From: Pocillopora damicornis
Taxonomy: Eukaryota
Length of the DNA stretch: 64,000 nt
Direction of reading: 5' to 3'
Assembly: GCF_003704095.1 (NCBI RefSeq)
Contig: NW_020847128.1
Location: 1 to 64,000 of the forward strand
In this document: positions 23,959-36,540 of the stretch, in pieces
How positions within the stretch are numbered: the stretch's first letter is position 1
Layout of the letters: each line of letters starts with the position of its first letter
Translations under genes and position numbers: made by a program
The notes under the pieces: generated by a model
What the model saw: the letters and a program-made list of their open reading frames with translations, nothing else
Databases searched by the model: none
Told to the model about the DNA's origin: nothing

Positions 23959-26900
23959 CCTCTATATTTTAATGGATAGCACCCCGGTCCTACTTTCCTT
24001 TTCTGCTGGTCTCGACGATCGACTTAGCGTGCGGAAACAGATTCGCTTCGGCTGATGTCATCCAGCTGAAAAAGTGTCACATTTGCATTTTTAATTGCGT
24101 CCGAAACTGTCACCACTGCGTTAGTTGGAAATCAAAATTAAAATATGGCTGTAGGATTCTGTAGTGGTACTACTTCCGCTACAGATTGAGGGTTCGAAAA
24201 ACTTTTGACATTTAAAAAACTACAGCGAGACATTATACAGAAGCTTTTCATATGTAAATTACACTACCAGTCAGTATTTGTTATGAAGTTTAAATAAAAT
24301 TGGGGGCGGCAATAAATTTTCCTTGCTCTACAGGCAGCATGGAAACAGCTGGTTAGGGAGGTTTTTTTTTCCGAACGTGTGCAGTGTTTCTAGAGAGCCT
24401 CTGCTACATAATTTTTAATTTCATCGACAAGTCCTTTGACGTTTAAGGAAACACTTTACACCCCCACAAATCATTCACTTAGGTATGTCCTTTTTCCACT
24501 ATATGATTACTACATTTTATATTACTGCGGTCTTGTATTTCACTTATTCAATTAAAAGTGGAGACATCAAACCAAGATATAAGTGGACCGACAACGCTGT
24601 TATTTGGTAAGACAAATGGAAATTATATCTTAAAAGCCGCCTTGAGGGGGGAGGATTTGGGGATCACATACTTTTAGGGGGCACATGGGGGGTGGGAATC
24701 AGCTGTCACCAACAGAGTATAAGGGGGGAGCTATAAAAGATTGACAGCTGATTAACAGTCAATATCGGGGGGAGGGGGGATACAAAGAGCATCATGGAGC
24801 CTTATGGGGGGATCAAATAAATTTTACTAAGACCCAACAAAAATCTCCTTTGCCCGGCGTCGCAAAACGAGCTATCCCTGAATTAATTTCTTGGAGACTG
24901 TGTGGGGTAAACATAATCACATTATGTTTAATTAAAAATGTGTTATTTCTACTCCATAGTTATTTTCCTTTTTTCAGATGAATACAATATTCGAGGCAAA
25001 AAAAAATAAAAAAGCGACTGAGAGAGTATTTCCAGTAAACTTGAAATCAAGTAACACATTTTAAGCTTTTATGTTTCGACGCCCTCAGTTGACATTTCTT
25101 TATTATGATAATGAAGTACTTGAACTGAAAACAAATTGATTAGAAATTAATTGAAAAACTTATTGAAATCAGCGAAGTGGCTTTGGCACCGGAAAGGAAC
25201 TGGTGCTGAGGTGGGATGGACGACCTTCCTCTCCATGACGCAACATTCGTATCAGAGAAATTGCAGGATAAGCAAACTTCTCACGTTGCTCAAAACTGAA
25301 ACACATACCGTGAACTCTCGCTAATAAGACTTAGGCTCACACAACTTCGCACGGGAGGGCTTATATCCGAGGGAGGCTTATAACCAGAATAAAGAAAATG
25401 CTTCAAAATGATCAAAACGCGTTTTGCAATTACTGGTTTTTTAATTAAGCTTCAAAATGTCATAATAAATAGAGTTCCTATCTCAAGGTGGGAGGGGGTG
25501 GGGCTAATATGTGTTTTTAACGGTATCCAAGGAACAGCTTTTGGCCCAAACAAACGTCTGGGTGAAAGAGCTTTCAGTTTTGTTTCAACCTGTGTTGTTG
25601 GGCTATTTATTTAAGGGACCGTTGACCTCCTTTTTATGACCAGGATGACACTGGGTGACAGTGTGTACTTTTGTGCCTCAGACGATATTTACATCAGCAA
25701 CGACAAGAGCATAATTTATGCCAGAATCATAGCTAAATAAACGTATTCAAAGAGGGTAAAATAATTTTATTTTGTTAATACCGAAACGGAGCAAAGTAGT
25801 GTTTTATTTTTGCTGCTACCACCGTTACTGATATTGAGTAAAATAACTTTGTTTTATGATTAAGGACACAGGGTAAATTGCTTATTAAAACTGTAATTCT
25901 GATATCGATATTTAGTACATACTAAAACAGAGAATAGCGTTGAAGGCGCGCTGTGGTTGGCTACTCCTCTGGTATTCACCTCCGAGCAACTCGTGCGATT
26001 TTTGCGCCTGAAATGATTGTAATCGTTGCAGAAAAAAATGAGTTTAATCATCTAATTATGCCATATTATCTTACTGTTTTAGTATATACTAAAACGACTA
26101 TTCACCCCAGCGTCGATGGCTAACGGTGGATATTTACCTAGCCACTTCGCGGCACGGTAAATAACAACTATTAGCAACCTCCAGTTCGGTGAATATTCGT
26201 TAAACATCATTCCCTTTGGACTGAAAAGCAAGCTTTGTAGGTCAGTATATTAGTCTGTCATGACTTTTCAGGTTTCAAATGACTTCCTTTCATTGTGGAT
26301 GTCAATGTAAGGAAAATTAGATCCGGAATGTATTGTTTTTTTTTTTTATCCATCCATATAGCTTATCTCTTATTTGAGTGTTGTACACATAATTGCAATA
26401 AAATACCCAAAAGGAACAGTAAGTATTTGATATTTGCTTGATGTTGCCATTTTTTCCATCTTAACCCAGTTAGAGAATGCCAGCATTTCAAATTAAGTAG
26501 TCATATCATTGTCACACATACTGGCAGTGACAACTCTTTTGGAACACCACTGGCGCAGTTCTCTCACCCTTCCTGCTCTCCCTCCCCTCCCCCCTTTAAA
26601 GGTTGTCCATTGCCAGTATGTGAATAGTTTCTCACAGAATAACTTTGAGACGGAGATCAGGGTCCCAAAAATGTGATTGGAAGTGTGGATTACGGTTTTA
26701 CTTCGTCTCTCTGTCTTTTCTTTTCTTTTCTTGGTTTTTGCGAAAAAAATGATAAATTAACACCTTTTAAAGGCGAATCGTAGCTCATGACGTTATTACT
26801 ACTACTCAACCTTACAAAAAATTTTCTCCTATCCCAACATCACAATATAATGTTTGTGTCTGTCTGAGTTTGTACGAGTATTCTCCATCATACGTTAAAG

Positions 26901-26977
26901 TCTTAATGATGTACTTCCTGAGGTGAAAGAGGTCCTTCCATGACAGCATTCACGTTGATGTACTTTGACATCGTCAT

Positions 26978-29900
26978 CTATACCATAGGCTCTTCTTCGG
27001 ATAATGATACACCGGTCGACCTCTTTGATTTCCCATTTTTCTCCGAGGGCTCCATAAAAGCAGTGTCTAAAAAGGGCGACACTGACTCTATCAGGCGTCC
27101 TGATATTCCACCCTCCTTCTTTTCCTTTCCAGGTCCCTTGATATAACAAAGGACGAGGAAACATACAATGAAACACAGAGGGATTGCCATGGTGAATAGA
27201 ACTCCAAACTTTGTTAATGGCGAAGGTTTTTCGGGTTCTATTCCTGGATCTGGGAAAAAATGGTGAAAGTGGATAATTGAAAAGTCATTGCTTATCGACT
27301 GGGGAATTTTCGTGGGGAGGGGCGGATAACGTGGTTTTCAGGGGAAACGGAGAAGGGGAACAGTCGTCACCAACAGAGTATGAATGGGGGAACAGTAGAT
27401 AATGAACTGAGTGAGAATATTACAGAACCTAATGGGGGATCAAGTAAACTTAATCGCGACACAACGAAAATCCTCTAATTTCCCCCCCTCCCCCCCCCCC
27501 CCACTTACTCTTTCTAGGCGATAAACAACGACTGTTCCTTAGGGTGTTTCTTAATTTATTGAGTTACAAAAGAATCACTTTTGAGTTAAAAATCTGTCGT
27601 CACGCACTCACCAGGTGGTTTAGCAGCAGGGGGCTTGGTAAATAGCTTTGTGTCATTCGTGTCCTTTGTGCTTGTAATTCTAGTCTCTTCTCTACTTTTA
27701 ATTTCGGTTCTAGCCGTCGAAAATTCTGCTGCAATCATTAACAATAAGAACAACAACAACTTAAGCGTGCCCGTAATCAAGTTTTTAGCAATGTTTTGAA
27801 TAGAAAATGACAATTAATTCTAATTATGATAATTAGAGGGTATCAGAACCCTGGAATAATTTAGCAGTTAAAAATGACAAGGAGCTGGATGAAAATTGAA
27901 TTGAATTTTTAATTGTTAAAGCGGAGGTATAGTATGGCCAGTATCAAACCCTACCCTACAGTTACATACATGGACAATAACATTACAAGATAAAACTAGT
28001 TACAGAGAGTATCATCAGTACAATGAACGATGGCGCACCTCAGGACGTGACTGAAATTTTATCAAATAAACAGTTTTAGTCCGTTCCTCGATTAAATTCC
28101 AGATCATAGACAACTCAATGTCTTTTATTATATCTGCCATAATTAGTTCTAACACTGGGAATTTAACATGATTGTTTTGCTGCGGATCTTGCGGATCATC
28201 GAAAACAGAAGGCAATTATCTATTTTATGTAAAATCAATGCAACATTAGCGTGAAACTGTAAGTTTTAAGGATAACGCGCCAGTTTTGTGAATTACTTTG
28301 ACGATGCCATCGAGATAAAGACAAACATGCGATCTTATTTAACTTATACTCACGTGGTCTACAAACTGTGCCATTATTCTCAGTCACGTATCCATCTTTA
28401 CAATGACAAATGTAACTTCCAGGTGTATTAACACAGAAATGAGGGCATCCACCATTTTCATCTTTACACTCGTCAATGTCTGAGAAAGGGATAAATAGAG
28501 AAGAGATAAAGAACAAAACAACAACAACAACAACAACAACAAAAAAGGATAAAATAATATTTGTGCGACATATTTTATGTTGTGTGAAATACGAGTGAAT
28601 ACCGTCTGGGTAAGTTTAAGGTTTATAAACTTGTATATGTATGGATTTGAAAGCGGATTATCACAGCTGAGTTACACTACTCATGCTTATGTGAACAAAG
28701 GGTACTTGAAGTTTTGACTCTTCAAAAGCCGGAGAAGGTTTTTAAAGAGGCTCTGTTACCCGCAAGGATATCAAATGTCTTTGAGCACATCGTAAATGCA
28801 GTCAAGCGTTGTATTTAGGTCAATAACAAATATTTTTAGTTTAATTTTTAATATTGTAGTGCACAGTTGAAAATTTCACACTGATAATTACGCAATATGT
28901 CATTAAATCATAATATTATTATTATTGTTAATATCGTACAAATGTATCTTGCCTAGATGTGAATTTTACCCAGGCAAATTTGGAATGAATATAGTGAGTG
29001 GGATGTATCACATATATGCTCAGTAGTATCTCAGGAAACGAAATCCTTTGCCAAGGAGATTTCAAACTTCAAAGAATTTTAGTAGTAGGTGGTGGGCAGG
29101 TGATTAGTACCTTGACATTTTCGTTTTTCTTTGGTCGCTGTATAGCCTGTCCCGCAAGAACATTTATAACTTCCAGGGACATTGGCACAACGTTGGCCGC
29201 TACAGATATTATAATTGTTACACTCGTTGGCATCTGAAAGAAAAATCAGGTTGATCGCCAAGGAGACCAAGGAACAAGGAAAGAGTTAAAAGTCCAAAAC
29301 CTTAAGAAAACCATTATAACTCATAGTTTACCTTTTACGCAAATATAGCATCCTCGAGCAGAGCACTCTCTTCCATACCAGTATATACTTTTACTCGGGT
29401 GTATTTCTGTGCAGTTTTTGTCTAAACGTTCGTTCATTGGCTCCTTCCTGTGCCATTTTGTGTACTGAGGCTTCACATTGAAATCATCCCGCCACACCCA
29501 TTGGGACAAATTTTTGGGATTTCGACGGAGTCCTATCCAGGTTCCTTCCGTCAAGCAACGTGAGCTCGAATAACGTGAAGCGACAAAAGCGTTTTGCTCG
29601 TCCGAAGTTACTTTCACGAGATCTCCCCCAGTCTCTATACAGCGTTGCCGAGCGTTGGACCAAGTAGCAGTACTGTTGGAGAAGAAATAGCAGTAGCCCG
29701 CTAAATACGACCAACGTTTTGGACAAACGTTTCCTAAGAAGAAGAAAATGTTTATGTGGTTAACGAAAAAAATAAATGCAATGACCTTATAGTTTGAAGT
29801 ACATGACTAAATATTTTTTTAAAAACTTTTTTTAGTTTGGTAAAGAATTTATAAGCAATGTGCCTTTGAAAGACTTCATTACATTGAAAATTGACCAGAG

Positions 29901-32660
29901 AAGGCCTACATGAGGGACGTGAATTTCAACCCTAGCTGGTCTTCTGTTTTGAACAATTTCATTTTAAGTGAGGAGCCATCAGCCATCACCAAAAAAAAAT
30001 TCAACTGAATGGCAGGCTTTCTCCGAAAGATAAGCTAAAAATATTTACATTGAAAATATTTTCATTCCTCTTTGCCTGCGGGTGGTAAATAGGGAAATAA
30101 TTTCCATCATGTATGTGGTTTTGTTCATGCTGTGATACGCTTACTCATCAAGATAAAGCTAAGTCAAACAATGTGGCTGATTTGACTTCAGGTCCTCTCC
30201 GCTATTTCAAATAATTGTGTGTCACTTTTTCATTCTGTTAACATGACTGATTTCCTTTTTTTTAAACTTCAGTTCACGAAGAAATTTCTGTGAAGTTAAG
30301 AGTTTTAATGGATCAGACTCAGAAATTAAAACTTTACATATTACGAGAAGATAATTATTTGTAAAGAAGGGAGGTGGTTTTGTTAAAGGTTGAAAATAGA
30401 TAATTTTTCATTTGCTATTTCATTCTCACTCAGTACTTTCTCGTCTTCTATAAACACCCATCGACTTTTACAAAACTGAAAACTGAAAAAAATTGTACAT
30501 CGAGGAAGCCCTACGTCATTAACAAAAAAGGAAATTTTAAGAATAGGCTCGCGCTAGGAAACAGTACTTGTTTGAAAGAATTACATTTTCAATTTGCGAA
30601 ACGTGAAAGGAAATTCAATTTTTTGGCACCATTTGGTCTGCATCTGCTCTTAAGTGCACTCGTCAAATATTTCAAGAGAGGCTCTTAGATATAAGCGCCA
30701 ACGCACTACAATTATTCGGAATTACGTTCTCCATATTTTTCATTATGATTTTACATCAAATGTGTGGTATAGCAGCAGAAACAGAGAACATGTCTTATAT
30801 TTTAGTTTATGTTCGTCGTCTTTTGTCTCGTTTTGCTTTGTTTTTGCAGACATTTTTCAAACCCATGAATGCATATTATCGTCGTTAACTCGCAGTTAAG
30901 CCATAAATTGTAGTAAAGAAAAACACCACCCGAACAGCAGATAACGCGGAGTCGTAACGCAATCGCGGTACAGAAGAATGAATGACTTGGATATATAAAA
31001 TTTTCAATACTGCGGTGAACCATGAGGCAATCTTAATTAGTTCGGTTTTCCATGATTAATTTTGACAAATTGTATGCTCGGAAATTGCAAATCTTTTAAA
31101 AAAAGAAAGGAATTGAATTTCCCAGGTGGAAATAGCTAAATACTTAATGGTGAATGTGGTTTGGGATAACCACAAGTTATCTATATGCTCAACACAGCTG
31201 CCCAAAATAAAATCTCTTTACAAATCATTCTATTTCTGCTCCTTTTAGCACCCAGTTTTACTCCCAAATTCTGGAAGAAACGCAATAGATGTAAGCTAAT
31301 CAACAAATGGGAAATCGTCTCGAGTCGACCGAGTGATTCGCTGTTTTCTAAGTCTTGATTTTCGGAAACAGCATCGCCGAGATTTTCATTGAGCGCTCGC
31401 GTATTTAGATGATTAGTATAAATCGATTTTCATGTCAATAGAAAATTGAGCTCATTTCTCTTAATTCGAAGCGTTTGCTTCTGTATTTTAACACAGAAAA
31501 CCCTAGGGTCTAATTAAACGTAAAACCCTTAAACCTCGCCTTTTACCCTAGGAGTATTTCAAAGGTAAAACAAAAGGGTGCCATTAACCCAACCTAAGCC
31601 TGTTCTCGCGTATTAACGATGAAGGCGAAAGAACAATTAGTAAAGCGGACTCCATAAAAGCTTAGATTGTTTTTTATGAGCAGCCCAATCAATACAGCTA
31701 ATTACTAGCACAAACCACATAAACTTCCCAATAGATCCATAAAATTTACCAGAATTTCTTAATAAATTTGAAAGAGTTTTAGATCGACCGAGTCAATTTA
31801 AGTCTAAATGTTACGGTTACTTCTCTAGCGATAACATTTGGCGATGACATTCACAACCTAGTGTTTGTGTTTTCATGTTCTGCATTTAATTAAATTTCAA
31901 GAATTGAGACGGTAATTGGTTGTGTGACGTTGTCCGGTTTGATCAAAAATTTTTTTTTTTCGATAAATTCGTTTTCTCGAAAATTAACTCATACAGTAAC
32001 ATTTGCCGAACAAGATTGTGTGATAATTCTGCGCGATATTCATGATAATGTGTGTATCTCCAGCCACCTGTTCAAGCTTATTTGCAAACTGGTTACAAAA
32101 CATATTTCGCGAATACTACCTTCTTTCTGGATTAAGTACTTCATTCTATCAAATACGTTGGGAAGAAGCATGGCAAATCCATAGTTTTACACGGAGCGTA
32201 AACCTCTAGGAAAAACCTCTTTACAAACAAGCTAAAGCTAAAATTGAATTGGTAACAATGAGAACACGCATAATCATGTAAACTACGCATGAAATCTGGG
32301 TCGATATTCTCGACTTCACGCTCTTCGGTATAGTTTCGATTGCATTACAATTATTTACAGCATTTGAATATTTATTTTTAGGGCCATCTCAGCAATATTC
32401 CTCGCAAGAGTTTTGAAGTTCGTTTTCTTTGACTAATAGCTGTACCATGGCGTAACACTGATGAACCGGCAGAGGTAACGTTCTTGTGCTTACGATCGCC
32501 TAACCCGTAAAAATTCTAGCTGTATAACCTTTAAATCGCATCCGAAATCTCCAATACTCATACTGAATCCTTTATACATACCTTGAACCCTGCAAAAGGC
32601 GTAGAAAACAACGGCAGAAGCGAAAAAGATGCGAAATCCGTGAGCCGTACAGCGCGACAT
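26978..32660 (-). CDS. C-type lectin + 2 calcium-binding EGF + Ser/Thr stalk + TM receptor, ~372 aa, 6 exons
   Basis: Phase-1 exon chain: 32660-32582 (signal peptide), 29733-29332 (CTLD: CPKRW..GYCYFF..TWSNARQRC..GGDL..WIGL), 29233-29111 (DANEC EGF), 28479-28354 (DIDEC EGF), 27728-27612 (T/S/P-rich), 27249-26978 (TM and cytoplasmic tail). Confidence 0.9.
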
Positions 32661-34343
32661 GACAGCGCCATTCGTGTTTTCCACTGGTACGACGGCTTAC
32701 GTTGCGTGGGGAAACAAAAGCTCAGTGGGTCGTCGAATAAAATGGCAACAAATTCCAATTTGTTTCCTAAATACAAAACTATTTAAATACTTGACACGAG
32801 CGCACTGCTTTGCAAACTTAATACTAATACAATAAACACTACGAACAATAACGTTTTATCGATTGCGATTGTAACTGTACACGTATAATTCTCCGGGTTT
32901 GGATTCCAATTATTGAATGAGTTTACCATACAAAACATGATATATCTGCATAACGTATGACATAGTTGCATGATAAGTCAACCACCTATCTCGTTTTCCT
33001 CAAACAGCCATTGCGAGATTGTTTTAATCGAGGGACAGTTTCTTTGCTCAAAGAACTTTAAAAACAGAAACACAAATTTCATTCCATAATTTGCAGTGAT
33101 TAGATATTTTAAAAGTTAAGAGAATAGCCAATCTGAAAGTCTTGATTTTTTGCCATCTGCTCCTCAGCTCCTATCGAAAAGTTTAATTTAAAAACGACTG
33201 GACGCTGTCATATTCTTAAGTACCTGGTGAGTGCATTTCAGATCCTCGAAGCTGCAAATGAAGTTCGCTGTTATCTCAGCTACTATACAGAATTCATTTT
33301 TTACTTGTTGCAATAACAGTGAAAATTTATCGATATTTGTCACACGATTGGCGAATCTGATTGGCTCCCTTAGGGTTGACAGTCAAAGTTATTGAAGACA
33401 CGGGCATTCTTATAAGTGTTTTACACATAGGGGGAAAAACCGTTTACTGAACTAAAGAATACCCTCCGTCTTACGACTGGCCAATCGAGATGACTATTCG
33501 ACGACAAAATGCAAATTTACTGATAAATTCAAGCTTTCTCAGAAACCGCTCCAAGTGATCAATTTAAACCAGCCGCTGGTAAAGGTCAGTTAAGGCTTTT
33601 CGGAAGACGGAAAGAGCTGGTAAAAGATAAACTTTAATTTGTTTCGATTTCCGAATCGAAATCAGGGCCAATGTTTTGAAAAGGAGATGTTACTTTTAAT
33701 ATATGGCAAAAGCAAAAAAAACATAGATAAACTACGTTAAATGTTTTTGTGAAATAATTACAAAACTAAAAAAAACAGATTGAGGTAATCAAAAACTTCA
33801 TGATTCACACCCTTACCAAGGACGTGCGTTAAGTCAAAACCAGATTCATAGTTCGCCATTTTATGGAGTTTTCATTTCGGTCTTTTTGCATCTGAGGCCT
33901 TCATTACCTAAAATACATAGGAGACTTCCCTCCGACAATTCGTAGCATTAATTTATTTCTTCGAAAGAAACGTAGACTGAATGTTAAGCTTATTCTTTTT
34001 TACTATATGATAATGTCTATTCCGCTCCGAAGCGGTTCACAACATTGTATTGAAATAATGTGTTGTATGTTGTACTGAAATTTTAAAGCTTAAAAAAATA
34101 ACTATGAAGGATTTTTCGTTGTTACCCAGCCAGCTTGGTGCCTTTAATAANNNNNNNNNNNNNNNNNNNNNNNNNNNNNNNNNNNNNNNNNNNNNNNNNN
34201 NNNNNNNNNNNNNNNNNNNNNNNNNNNNNNNNNNNNNNNNNNNNNNNNNNTGATCCAATGGAAAATTCTTCGGAACTTATTGAAAGACAATAAGGAGAAT
34301 TACTAATGACATCTTGAGAGTGAAAGAGTTACTGCCAACACAC

Positions 34344-35816
34344 CTGACAAGAAGGTGAAGTTGCCCCAAGCACGCGTTTCTTCCGTTAATGATTTTGCAA
34401 CCTTCTCTGTGTCTCCAATCTCTAGGCGCATTTTTGTATAGGGACAAGGAAATGTTTTGATATCTAGTAACACAAGTGACAGTCCGACCCTCCTCACAGG
34501 ACTCTCCGCTGACATAAATGGCGACTGCAGCTCTTGTCGTGTCCGCATGTAACTAAGAAGCGTGATCTTATTAACCTCATCCTGTGAAGACATTGTGACA
34601 TTTGGTACTCATTTTTACTAATCAGTTTTGTCATGTATGTTCTTTATATTCAATTAATTCCTTAAATTATTCCTCCTGTTGTTATTTCATTCCGTTCCTT
34701 TCTTGTCTTCGAATTCTTTTAACACCATCTAAGCATTATCCAGATTGTCAAATAATCAAGAGGATAATGAATGCAAAAACAGATAAACCACGATTAGAAA
34801 CGGTATGGATACGGAACCAGGAGTGGTGGTCTTCATTTCAATTTTCTTATAGGTCTTCGTTGTGAGTCAAATCATCGTAATCGAGAGAAGCACTTAACTC
34901 CATGTCAAAAAGTGCGGGTTCATGTCCCCAGGATTAACCAAAGGAAATAATAGGGGCTGCCTGCGATGGACTAACATCGTATCTAATTCACTGTAAAATG
35001 AAGTTTGTCTTAGCTCTGGAGCCAATTTACCCATGGAGCTGTTTTGATACCAATTTTGGGGCTTAATTGACCATTGATATACTTGTAAGATAAATGAAAA
35101 TACTTCAAGTCTCATACACAGGATATAAACGCCAGCAGCCATAACTTCTGAGAGCAGTTTTACTTTTTCTTTTCTTTGTTTCTTTTTTTAACCTTACCAC
35201 AGTGATTAGATAATCCTCTGCCAAGCTCTTCCACTCATCGTACAGTATTTGGGAAAGGGAGAATTTGGTGTTCTTTGTGTCTCCAGTAAAGTGTCCATCG
35301 TCATCCACAGCTAAAACTGCCAAGGCTAAGAAAGGTTTATTTTTTATCAGTTACAACGAAGGAAGGGAAAGATCTCTCCATCTCTCTTCTTATTTTGCCC
35401 TCCCTCATAATATTAATCATGCCTCTCCCTAACACATAGTTAAGATGCCACAGAAATTTAATCGCTGTGTGCACTGAACACGATGTAAAGATCCGAAGAA
35501 AAGTAGTTGCTTTCATGTAACTTATAATGCACTTAATTTGTCAGGATTTTAAGCTACCTTTCTCCTCAAAGGAAAGAAAGTGTCCATTCATTGTAAGCGT
35601 GAAGTTTGCCAATTCCAAAAACAGCCAATGACTCGCAGCTCCATCGGCTTCATTTGCTTACCGGCAGCTTCAAAACACGCCAGCTGAATAAGCTGCTACA
35701 TACCTAATGACAATTACTTTGCTTTAGCCAGAAGGAACGTTTCCCAATTCATTGCTGCCTGTCTTGTAAAAAGTTCCCTCTCCTCCTGGTTTTGGGACTG
35801 GAGACAAAGCAGACCT
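34344..35816 (-). pseudogene. SABATH-family SAM-dependent methyltransferase (Methyltransf_7), C-terminal half, partial, with in-frame stop
   Basis: Exons (gap)35816-35704, 35325-35198 and 34581-34344 splice in phase: GLLCLQSQNQEERELFTRQAAMNWETFLLAKAK*LSL|ALAVLAVDDDGHFTGDT...LYDEWKSLAEDYLITV|DEVNKITLLSYMRTRQELQSPFMSAESPVRRVGLSL...FPCPY...TRAWGNFTFLS. Matches the family motifs Q-x3-W-x2-FL-x2-RA-x-EL, W-x2-L-x3-G-x-I, Y-x-R-T-x2-E-x3-PF and R-[AS]-W. Confidence 0.72.
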
Positions 35817-36335
35817 NNNNNNNNNNNNNNNNNNNNNNNNNNNNNNNNNNNNNNNNNNNNNNNNNNNNNNNNNNNNNNNNNNNNNNNNNNNNNNNNNNNN
35901 NNNNNNNNNNNNNNNNATCACCAACTAAACAGGCTCTTGATTGTTGAACAGGAGTAATGGGCTCCTGTTGTTGAACAAATTCTCCTTATCAGCACCTTAG
36001 GAGATGTATAAAGAACAGTCTGGAGAATATGCATTCTGATGTTAGGGCGTAAAGGCTTGACCGCCATGAGCGACTTTATCTAATTTGTTCTAACAGAATC
36101 ACCCATGACAGGAGCCCGGTAATGGGCTCCTGCCATGAATGAAACATAAAGGTCATGTAAACGAGAAACTGATCAACATCATCTCGAAGAAGCTAAGCTC
36201 CTTATTGTTAAAAAAAAAAGATTATTCATGTCAGTTCAGTACCAAAGGAAATCTAAAGAAAGAGTATGGACATTATCAAGACAGAAAGGAAAGAAATCAC
36301 TATTTACATATTGATCAGTTGTTTGTTTAAAGCAA

Positions 36336-36540
36336 GAGGGTCAATGAGATAATGGCTTTTAGGGCTACAGATTGAAATTCTGGCTATTTAACGGCTAATA
36401 GTTACTTTCTTTCCATTGTTGTTTAAAAAAATTTCGCTTGACCCTTTTACGGCTAACGGTTAAAATCCGTCAATTTTTGCGCCCAACAACTAAACTTTTT
36501 AGCTATTTTACGGCTAACCGTTAACCCCATTGAAACCCTC
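36336..36540. mobile_element. Short MITE with GAG...CTC termini and 7-bp TSD
   Basis: TIRs gagggtcaatg / cattgaaaccctc. AAAGCAA flanks both ends (36329-36335 and 36541-36547). Internal acggctaa repeats. Confidence 0.7.
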
